DNA from: Nanobdellota archaeon | Lineage (GTDB): Archaea; Nanobdellota; Nanobdellia; Woesearchaeales; JAGWAF01 | DNA: 48,668 nt | Direction of reading: 5' to 3' | Assembly: GCA_038046365.1 (NCBI GenBank) | Contig: JBBSWF010000024.1 | Location: 1 to 48,668 of the forward strand | Shown here: piece after piece, positions 25,368 to 32,160 of the stretch | Layout: every line of letters begins with the position of its first letter | Numbering within the stretch: position 1 is the first letter of the stretch | Position numbers and translations under genes: made by a program | Notes under the pieces: generated by a model | Database searches by the model: none | Told to the model about the DNA's origin: nothing | The model's input: the letters and a program-made list of their open reading frames with translations, nothing else

Positions 25368-26063
25368 GTGCAAATGATGGACGACTCACCGCGTATCTTG
25401 GACTACCAACGATCATGGTGCAAATTTGTAGATTCATTACGCGCGGACAGATTACGCACTCTCATCAAACGATATGAAGAACCAACCATCCCCCTTCCAA
25501 CAACGTATGAATACCTGTCGGATGGCCCGCGACACGTATCCTACTCCACTGGACTAGGTGCTCAACATCCCTTCATCGACCAACTCGAAGAGATGATCTA
25601 CGTGATCGAAAACATCGCTAAACAACGAAACGTCCAGGTCTGTGAGGGTTCCATATCGGATGTCGACGGCATGCTGACTCCGCCATATCATGAGATCCTA
25701 TTCTTCGCCGCTGATGACGTGACTGGTGAGCGCACACGGGACGCTTTTGAAGGGTGGATCAGAGAAGTCATGCGCCTGCCAGATGGAACACAAATTGATC
25801 ATAACCTCTCCGGCCTTAATTCCATCTTCGAGCCTCGAGGAGAAGCCGGGCCTCGGTGCCGTATCGCAGGGTTCTACGCTTTCGCTGCAGAGGGAAACGT
25901 GGCAGGATACACCTTCTTAGGAGCTATCAAGCCTACCTCACGACTCCTACTAGGTAAATGCCTTAGCATACCATTGGTCCCTGCCGATCGGGAAATACTT
26001 GAAGAACGGATCTTAGAAATGATCCGACCTCTAAATGAGAGGTATGAGACTGGGATCAAGTAA
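25368..26063 (+). CDS. Hypothetical protein
   Basis: 231-aa ORF with protein-like composition. No motif recognised. Confidence 0.4.
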   Translation: MQMMDDSPRILDYQRSWCKFVDSLRADRLRTLIKRYEEPTIPLPTTYEYLSDGPRHVSYSTGLGAQHPFIDQLEEMIYVIENIAKQRNVQVCEGSISDVDGMLTPPYHEILFFAADDVTGERTRDAFEGWIREVMRLPDGTQIDHNLSGLNSIFEPRGEAGPRCRIAGFYAFAAEGNVAGYTFLGAIKPTSRLLLGKCLSIPLVPADREILEERILEMIRPLNERYETGIK

Positions 26064-26119
26064 TACCTCTGATACGATCAGAGGGCAAACAATAATAATC
26101 CCTGACTGTTTCGGATATC

Positions 26120-26857
26120 GTGACATTAAACAGCATCGTCATCGCAGCAGGCGGCGTAGGGGCTCGGATGAGCAGCTCCTTGAATCCTCACAAAAGCAAG
26201 CCACTGATAGAATACGGCGGGAAGCCTCTGATCCACTATCTAATAACTTCTGCCAAAGACGCAGGCATCACTGAATTCTTTATCTCAGTCAATGAACACA
26301 ATCGGAAAAGGATAGAGGCCATCGCCGACTCGCTTGGAGTCCGGTATAAAACCCGGCTGACTGGAGAGAATTTCGCGCAAGTCCCTGCCTTATTCAAAGA
26401 CGAACTCGACTATAAATTCCTGGTCGTATGCGGCCATGATCCAGTGCCTACGGAACACATACTGGCGCTCATGGAGAAATCAATGACGCATGACACGGTT
26501 ACAACTGCGTATGATAACTTATACAATACGACCACCAATCGGAGACGTATAAGATTGCATGTCACCGAGGAAGTGCAACGCTTCGAGATGATCGACCTTG
26601 ACAAGGACGATGTCGCTGAAGACCATACCTATGTCCGGAATCCATATGTGATAAACCAATACATACTAGATCAAGTCATAAGATCCAATTTCTCAGTCAC
26701 TGCAGGGTATTTTGTCTATAAATCATGGATGGAAGGGGGCAAAGTGGCTTCTGTCAAAGCAGTCATGCCTGTAGAATTCGACACAGACACGGAATTTGAG
26801 CGGACAAGACAATACCTGGACACGCGGTTCGGACTCAACATCAGATCCAATCTCTAA
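26120..26857 (+). CDS. Nucleotidyltransferase (sugar-phosphate / MobA-like NTP-transferase fold)
   Basis: N-terminal IVIAAGGVGARMSS....KPLIEYGGKPLIHYLI is the NTP_transferase signature. Confidence 0.6.
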   Translation: MTLNSIVIAAGGVGARMSSSLNPHKSKPLIEYGGKPLIHYLITSAKDAGITEFFISVNEHNRKRIEAIADSLGVRYKTRLTGENFAQVPALFKDELDYKFLVVCGHDPVPTEHILALMEKSMTHDTVTTAYDNLYNTTTNRRRIRLHVTEEVQRFEMIDLDKDDVAEDHTYVRNPYVINQYILDQVIRSNFSVTAGYFVYKSWMEGGKVASVKAVMPVEFDTDTEFERTRQYLDTRFGLNIRSNL

Positions 26858-26874
26858 ACAGAAAAGACCTGCGC

Positions 26875-27345
26875 TCAATAAGGTTTCTTCTTTGAAGAGT
26901 CTTTCCAGGCAACAAACGGGGCGAGCTGGTCTGGAGAGCAGATCCTTTTCTTTGTGAACTTCCTCTTTGAAGGCAGGCCTTTAATTGCATCCAAGATGCC
27001 CATATCAGAGAAACCTGCCTTATCGGCTACTTTGCCGCTCGCGGCGAAAAAAACCACATTGATCCTTGCCCAAAGAATAGCTGATAGGCACATCGGGCAC
27101 GGCTCGCAAGAAGAATAGATAACACAATCTGCAAGATATGGGGATTTGAGCTTCTTTGACGCTTTCCTTATAGCATTAACCTCAGCATGGCAGGTGGGAT
27201 CGTTTCTCTTGAACACCTCATTGTGCGCTCTAGCGATGACCTTGCCTTTCCTGACGATCACTGCGCCAAACGGACCGCCATGAGCCTTCTTGACGCCACT
27301 AACTGCTTCCTTGATGGATTCTTCGATGAATGATTGGTGAGACAT
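26875..27345 (-). CDS. CMP/dCMP-type zinc deaminase (TadA / guanine-deaminase-like)
   Basis: HAEVNAI ... SCEPCPMCLSAI zinc-binding motifs. 156 aa. Confidence 0.8.
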   Translation of the reverse strand: MSHQSFIEESIKEAVSGVKKAHGGPFGAVIVRKGKVIARAHNEVFKRNDPTCHAEVNAIRKASKKLKSPYLADCVIYSSCEPCPMCLSAILWARINVVFFAASGKVADKAGFSDMGILDAIKGLPSKRKFTKKRICSPDQLAPFVAWKDSSKKKPY

Positions 27346-27461
27346 GGCATGATCTCCGGGATTTGGGATAATAAATGTTTGGGCGGGCGATATACTTTGC
27401 GGACCTGGCAGCGATCAATAGATATGTTTTAAAATGAATGTCTTTTGACGTCTGAAAAGAA

Positions 27462-27534
27462 GGGGCTATAGGGTAGCTTGGTATCCTTTGCGGTTCGGGA
27501 CCGCAAGACCCCGGTTCGAATCCGGGTAGCCCCA
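27462..27534 (+). tRNA. tRNA-Pro (anticodon CGG)
   Basis: Acceptor GGGGCTA/TAGCCCC, D arm GGGT..ATCC, anticodon stem TGCGG/CCGCA with loop TTCGGGA (U33, CGG, G37), and T arm CCCGG-TTCGAAT-CCGGG. No encoded CCA. Confidence 0.85.
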
Positions 27535-27543
27535 TCAAATCTA

Positions 27544-27578
27544 TTTTTCCGGGTCTTTATCTAGCATTTACGGAAAAA
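27544..27578 (+). terminator. Oligo-T tract plus 8-bp inverted repeat downstream of tRNA-Pro
   Basis: TTTTTCCG (27544-27551) pairs with CGGAAAAA (27571-27578). The T5 run begins 10 nt after the tRNA 3' end. Confidence 0.35.
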
Positions 27579-27635
27579 ATGATACAAATCGGATAGTCTC
27601 CACTTTAACCGTGGATGTTCCGATTGAATGTCGTG

Positions 27636-27693
27636 TTCTTCTGGTTTTCCTTCAGAAATCTTTCTTAAGACGTGAAACAAAGAAGAAAGCGGT
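27636..27693 (+). promoter_or_regulatory. Conserved upstream block (promoter plus leader), copy 1, of the tRNA-scaffold genes
   Basis: 56 of 65 positions (27636-27700) are identical, without gaps, to 30937-31001. Contains A/T-rich AAATCTTTCTTAAG about 20 nt before the GCGGT leader. Confidence 0.5.
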
Positions 27694-27856
27694 GCCGGCG
27701 TAGGATAACCCGGTAATCCGCAAGACTGAAACCCTTGTGACCTTCCAGATCTTCGGGCATAAAAATCCTGCGGATTTTATGGTTCGAACCGCTTCGCGGT
27801 TCAAACTTTCAAATGCCTTTCGGTGAATCGGAGGGTTGAATGTCCCCGCGCCGGCG
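27694..27856 (+). ncRNA. tRNA-scaffold RNA with a ~100-nt structured insertion in its 3' half (anticodon-loop reading GAA)
   Basis: GCCGGCG-TA-GGAT-AACCCGGTA-ATCC-G-CAAGA-CTGAAAC-CCTTG gives acceptor, D arm and anticodon arm (A31/C39 mismatch). The 3' end TCCCCG-CGCCGGC-G is identical to the gene at 30995. Between them are hairpins 27758-27781 and 27786-27802 and two GGTTCRAAC T-loop-like motifs. Confidence 0.5.
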
Positions 27857-27879
27857 CCGCCTCTCTATTGTGATGCAGG

Positions 27880-28098
27880 TCAGATTTCTACGGCGACTTC
27901 CTGTACTTCAACCATACGGATCGGGCCGTTCTCGTGCTGAGGTGAATCAAGGTAAAGTTCGATGGCCTCTTTGATATTCTTCAACGCTTCCTCCTTGGTC
28001 CTGCCCTGGGAGATGCAGCCTGGGAGGTCAAGAGCTTCGACGACAAAATATCCATCCTCTCCAGGGTACACGATTATCTTGAATGTTTTCATCGGCAT
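27880..28098 (-). CDS. hicB: HicB-family antitoxin (second copy)
   Basis: YFVVEALDLPGCISQGRTKEEALKNIKEAIELYLD is closely similar to the copy at 9180. Confidence 0.8.
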   Translation of the reverse strand: MPMKTFKIIVYPGEDGYFVVEALDLPGCISQGRTKEEALKNIKEAIELYLDSPQHENGPIRMVEVQEVAVEI

Positions 28099-28128
28099 TC
28101 CACCTCTGATCCTTTTTTCAATTTAAAT

Positions 28129-28347
28129 CTATCTCAAGCACCTATTGAATTCATCGACAGTCAAGCCAGCTGACCTGATTATCGCCCTGAGCGTGCCACG
28201 GTCAAGCTCCTTGTGAAGCGGGATAGTGAGCGACTCACTTCCTTCCTTTATCATCCTCACATGGCTCCCTCTTTGGCGGTCAGCAGTATAACCGAGCTGG
28301 GCCAACGTCTTGATCACTTCACTGCCTGAGACCCTAGGCAAAGCCAT
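28129..28347 (-). CDS. hicA: HicA-family toxin (second copy)
   Basis: From ATG 28347: MALPRVSGSEVIKTLAQLGYTADRQRGSHVRM.. The ORF track extends it to 28452. Confidence 0.75.
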   Translation of the reverse strand: MALPRVSGSEVIKTLAQLGYTADRQRGSHVRMIKEGSESLTIPLHKELDRGTLRAIIRSAGLTVDEFNRCLR

Positions 28348-28513
28348 CAAAAAATGAGAAGCTCTATGTTTAAAGTGCGTTTTGGCAAGAAAGCCGGAAG
28401 CTGTGACCTTTTCTAGGTATGTTTTCGGCTCGATCGGAGGAATTCTGGCCAAATCAACATTTGGCCGAATCTTTTTCGAAATTGTCGGAATTAGAGGATT
28501 AATGTAACGAGAT

Positions 28514-29632
28514 CTATGGGTTTATGGGTATGATCTTCCCATCATGGACGATCTTCATCTGGAAAGGCATCTGGACCATCGAATCCTGGTATCTGATGCC
28601 GCGGATCGCTTTGTTATGGTTGTTCACCTGGTCGATAAAATCCCCTTTGTCCAGAGCACCGGCCTTGATCGACTCGTAGAGCGCAGCGGAGAGTTCATAG
28701 CCAAGCGCATGGTAAAGATTCGGGGTCATGTTGTAGTCTTCCATGATACGCGCTGAGAACTCTGCATCATAATCGTCTTTGATCTGGCCGCCGGCATAAA
28801 CTCCTTCCATGATATCCTTGAATTGATTGGCATAACCTTCTTCCAGGTCCATGCCGAAAATGATCGTGATCCCCGGATCCTGCTCCTTGAGGATCTTGAT
28901 CATACTGGTGCTCACTTGGATGTCCGGTATGATGACGTAAACCACATCAGGCTTGGTGGATGTCACCTTTGTGGCATAGGTGTAGAGGACTTTATCACCT
29001 TTCAGATCTAGCTTGTCGATCCCGAGAATAGTCTGATTGTGTTCGGCAGCTGCTCGCTTGATATTATCTTCCATTTGCTGGCCTAGCGCTGACTGCTCGG
29101 TGATCAGGTAACCGGTGTGTCTCCCGATACTTTGCGCAAAGCTCACCTCCTGATCGGCTTGTTGAGACAGAGACGGATAGCTGCATACCACGTTCGTGTA
29201 ATTCCTGAACTCATCGGTGCATAAAGTGATTGCCGCGACAAATGAGGCGTTCTTATCTTCATCACTCATCGCCCCCTCAATCGCGATTGTGGCTGCCGGT
29301 CCTAGCGGTCCGACGAAAGCTCTGACACCATCGATATCACGCAACTTCCTGTAGGATGTAAGGGAGCCCTTAGAATCCCATCTATCATCCTCATAGATCA
29401 CTTTAACCTCGGGATGGGTCTTAGCAAAGACCTCCACTCCCTGCTTGATCTCCTCGCCCAATCTGCTCAGGTCGCCGGAAAGCGGCCCGATGAAACCAAT
29501 AGTGACGCCGGCATGGGCAGACTGCGTTGCTTTGCCATCGATACCGGGGCTGCTGCATGAAGACAACAACAGCGTGATGATTAAAATCGCGGCCACGACG
29601 TCTTTTGCCTTAACTTGGGTGTGCAGTTCCAT
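28514..29632 (-). CDS. Type-1 periplasmic-binding-protein-fold solute-binding protein (LivJ/branched-chain amino-acid-like), lipobox-like signal
   Basis: Signal sequence with AAILIITLLLSSCSS, then GFIGPLSGDLSRLGEE, typical of Leu/Ile/Val-binding SBPs. No ABC permease or ATPase gene is nearby. Start 29632 or 29659. Confidence 0.7.
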   Translation of the reverse strand: MELHTQVKAKDVVAAILIITLLLSSCSSPGIDGKATQSAHAGVTIGFIGPLSGDLSRLGEEIKQGVEVFAKTHPEVKVIYEDDRWDSKGSLTSYRKLRDIDGVRAFVGPLGPAATIAIEGAMSDEDKNASFVAAITLCTDEFRNYTNVVCSYPSLSQQADQEVSFAQSIGRHTGYLITEQSALGQQMEDNIKRAAAEHNQTILGIDKLDLKGDKVLYTYATKVTSTKPDVVYVIIPDIQVSTSMIKILKEQDPGITIIFGMDLEEGYANQFKDIMEGVYAGGQIKDDYDAEFSARIMEDYNMTPNLYHALGYELSAALYESIKAGALDKGDFIDQVNNHNKAIRGIRYQDSMVQMPFQMKIVHDGKIIPINP

Positions 29633-29728
29633 CTTGAATACACAAATCGATGCCTTCATAAGAAACAACGCTTCACTTTTTCGAATAAACACGCCAACTT
29701 TTTAAATAAATGACTACTTTGTTCGGTC

Positions 29729-30820
29729 ATGTCTGAAAACTCCGATGATGGATGGACTATCTTCCTGCCGAAGGAAAGGAGAGAGGTGGAGCTCGATAAG
29801 AAAGACCTCCTGATCATGCAGACCCTGAGCGAGAATTGCAGGACAACCTTGCCTGTGATGAGGCGTATAGTGGGCTTATCAAAGAGCAGCATACTCAACC
29901 GGATAGAAAGACTTGAACGGATAGGGGTCATAAGAGGATATTCAACGATCGTCAACATACATCGACTCGGTCTGAGGATGTTCAGCGTGTTGATCTCATC
30001 TAATATGACTTTGAATGAGAAGATTGAGTTCGGCAGATCATGCGAAAAGATTCCATCCCTGAACCAAGTCCTGACCTTCCAGACCGGGCCATGGGATCTC
30101 ATGCTCCGACTCTATGCGAAGGACAATCGGTATCTTGATCACATCCTGACCCAGATCACGGCGAAGGGAAAAATAGCAGACCTGGAGATACTTGAACTCG
30201 ATGACTGGTTCTTCCTTCCTATAAATTATCTGCAGGTAGAGACGCATCTGGACAATCACTGCACAAAATCTGACACTTCTTTCCAGCATATACTGCGCAA
30301 GAGGAAACCGGTGCTTGATCCGCGCCATGACATAAAAGACATCCGGATCCTGGGCGTATTGGCCAAGAATCCGAGGATCAGCCTCAGCCATCTGGGAGAG
30401 AAGGCTGGAATGTCCGCAGACGCGGTCAAGGATCGCATCGCCAGGCTCGCAGACCAAGGGATCATAGGCCACTTCTTCGCAAACCTGGACCCCTATATGC
30501 TCGGACTGAGCGGATATGTCTTGTTCGTGCAAGTCTTTGATAGGTCACGGATGAAACAGATGATCGAATTCCTGATGCGGCAGCCTCAAATGCAAGGTGG
30601 CGTGCTGAAATATACTGGAGCCTGGAACCTACAGGCTTTCCTTGTAGTAAAAGACGTCATGGACCTTCGGGCTTTTGAGGAGAATTTCATCTCGCATTTT
30701 GGTGGTAGCATCCATAAGTATCTCATCGCACAGCTGGCTGAGCAGACGTACTACTCACTATTCCCGGCTGAGATACAGAAAGTGGCGGAAGAGTCAATCT
30801 CTGAGCATGCTCCTCGATGA
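29729..30820 (+). CDS. Tandem (duplicated) Lrp/AsnC-family transcriptional regulator, paralogue of 4730..5764
   Basis: 363 aa with two HTH_AsnC-like segments (LDKKDLLIMQTLSENCR..; DIKDIRILGVLAKNPRISLSHLGEKAG), each followed by a RAM-like region. Confidence 0.7.
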   Translation: MSENSDDGWTIFLPKERREVELDKKDLLIMQTLSENCRTTLPVMRRIVGLSKSSILNRIERLERIGVIRGYSTIVNIHRLGLRMFSVLISSNMTLNEKIEFGRSCEKIPSLNQVLTFQTGPWDLMLRLYAKDNRYLDHILTQITAKGKIADLEILELDDWFFLPINYLQVETHLDNHCTKSDTSFQHILRKRKPVLDPRHDIKDIRILGVLAKNPRISLSHLGEKAGMSADAVKDRIARLADQGIIGHFFANLDPYMLGLSGYVLFVQVFDRSRMKQMIEFLMRQPQMQGGVLKYTGAWNLQAFLVVKDVMDLRAFEENFISHFGGSIHKYLIAQLAEQTYYSLFPAEIQKVAEESISEHAPR

Positions 30821-30936
30821 TGCGTCTCTGCTTTCATCGGGTTTTCTTCCGACTAATCACCAACAACTTCCGGAAAATCTGACTAAACTCCGTATAATCC
30901 TCATCTGTGCTGATGTTTTTCTGACCAACTGCAGCA

Positions 30937-30994
30937 TTCTTGCGGTTTTTCATCAGAAATCTTTCTTAAGGCGAAGAATAAAGAAGAAAGCGGT
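30937..30994 (+). promoter_or_regulatory. Conserved upstream block (promoter plus leader), copy 2, of the tRNA-scaffold genes
   Basis: See 27636..27693. Same register relative to the GCGGT leader and the GCCGGCG acceptor strand. Confidence 0.5.
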
Positions 30995-31107
30995 GCCGGC
31001 GTTGGCGAACCAGGTACGCCGCTAGGTTGAGCTCCTAGTGTCTGAAAGGACTTCGGGGTTCAAATATCTTGCGGTTTACCGTAGGATTGGAAATCCCCGC
31101 GCCGGCG
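30995..31107 (+). tRNA. Class II tRNA (anticodon GAG, Leu-like) with a 29-nt BHB intron at position 59/60 (31065-31093)
   Basis: Acceptor GCCGGCG/CGCCGGC, D arm GGCG-AACCAGGTA-CGCC, anticodon arm CTAGG-TTGAGCT-CCTAG, long variable arm T-GTCT-GAAA-GGAC-TT, and T stem CGGGG/CCCCG. BHB: TTCA/TGGA 4-bp helix flanked by two AAT bulges, with a 9-bp inner helix. Splicing restores the T loop TTCAAAT. Confidence 0.7.
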
Positions 31108-31181
31108 CCGCCTCACTTTCTCTGAACAATCACTCACTTACCCTCACAAACATTATTATACCATTCTTTTTCCATCAGGCC

Positions 31182-32111
31182 ATGATGGCAACAGATAGAA
31201 TCCTCGTGACGAGCTACGTCGATCCTGACATAGATGGAATATCCTGCATGGTGGCTTATTCAGAGCTGTTGCGCGCCGAGGGGAATGATGTTATCCCTGT
31301 GATATTTGGCGAGCCACAGCAGGAAGTCGAATTTGTTATCAAGCGATTCGGCATAAGACTCCCTCCGCTGGGCGGAGACAATCTAACGTATGATAAAATC
31401 ATCCTGCTAGACGCAAGTGAGCCAAGACACATGGCATCTGGACTTGATGCCGACAAGGTCATCGAAATAATAGATCACCGGAAATCAAACGACGCGCATC
31501 TCTTCAAGAACGCCAGGACTCAGATCGAGCTGGTAGGGGCAGCGGCGACACTTGTGGCAGAGAGGCTGCGCGAGAGATGCGTGACTCCATCGAAAGAAGC
31601 GGCGATACTGTTGTACAGCGCTATAGTCTCGAACACGCTAAACTTCAAGGCAAGCGTGACAACACTCCGCGATCGGGATATGGCTCATTGGGTGAACCAG
31701 ACCGCCAAACTAGGCCCTGAGTTTCCAACTGAATTCTTCAAAGCGAAATCCGACCTCACAGGCGAACGGCTGCGCATACAGATAGATCGCGATTTTGCGA
31801 TATCTGAGAAAAACGGAAAGATCCTGGGAATCTCCCAGATCGAGATGGTAGGGGCAAGAGAATTAGTGAAGACAAGAGCTGCTGAGATCATGGTTATACT
31901 GGATGAGCTGGCCCGGCGGGAAAGCACGGGGATAACGTTCCTCACAATCGCGGATGTAGGCGAGGGGATAAACGTGCTAGTCACTCCTTTCCCAGACACA
32001 CTCTCTCTGCTTGAGAAAGCGCTAGGGGTGAGGTTCGAAGACGGAATCGCTGTTCTCAACAAACTGCTATTGAGAAAAGAGATCGCGCCGATGGTGAAAG
32101 ATCTGCTCTAA
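31182..32111 (+). CDS. DHH-family phosphoesterase (family II pyrophosphatase / DHHA2-like)
   Basis: ILVTSYVDPDIDGISCMVAYSELL (DxD motif) and IIDHRKS (DHH-type motif). ATG 31182 lies about 25 nt after CATTATTATA. The ORF-track start at 31038 runs through the tRNA gene. Confidence 0.7.
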   Translation: MMATDRILVTSYVDPDIDGISCMVAYSELLRAEGNDVIPVIFGEPQQEVEFVIKRFGIRLPPLGGDNLTYDKIILLDASEPRHMASGLDADKVIEIIDHRKSNDAHLFKNARTQIELVGAAATLVAERLRERCVTPSKEAAILLYSAIVSNTLNFKASVTTLRDRDMAHWVNQTAKLGPEFPTEFFKAKSDLTGERLRIQIDRDFAISEKNGKILGISQIEMVGARELVKTRAAEIMVILDELARRESTGITFLTIADVGEGINVLVTPFPDTLSLLEKALGVRFEDGIAVLNKLLLRKEIAPMVKDLL

Positions 32112-32160
32112 ATGTTTTCTATGAGCACACCTTTTTATTGAGGATCGACTCCACTCTGGG

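Noticed and set aside
27733-27848. Specific splicing models for the insertion in tRNA-scaffold copy 1 (micro-exon G-TTCAAA between two introns; a single variable-region intron plus a 59/60 intron; a canonical 37/38 intron)
   Set aside because: For each model, the required 4-bp central helix with 3-nt bulges fails (for example TTCG versus TTCG, CTTC versus CTTC, CTGA versus CCAG followed by a non-pairing stem). The best model leaves a C/C mismatch in the T stem and a 1-nt bulge. I therefore report the locus as unresolved rather than as a spliced tRNA-Phe.
27694-31107. SRP RNA, RNase P RNA, 5S rRNA, C/D or H/ACA sRNA, or riboswitch as the identity of the two GC-clamped structured RNAs
   Set aside because: No SRP helix-8 (GGAA...AGCA) motif, RNase P CR-I/CR-IV/CR-V blocks, 5S loops, RUGAUGA/CUGA boxes or ACA box are present. 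Both 5' halves fold as canonical tRNA acceptor, D and anticodon arms. Copy 1 has no downstream plus-strand gene for a riboswitch to control.
27636-31112. Integrated mobile element bounded by the two repeated tRNA-cassette blocks
   Set aside because: The bracketed 3.1 kb contains no integrase, transposase or replication gene. In addition, the repeats cover the 5' promoter/leader and the 3' end of each gene rather than a single att-like tRNA fragment. This is kept only as a synteny check in the findings.
31038-31181. GTG start at 31038 for the DHH phosphoesterase ORF
   Set aside because: These 48 codons run through the variable arm, T arm, intron and acceptor strand of the tRNA gene. DHH homology begins at ATG 31182, which has its own TATA-like box.
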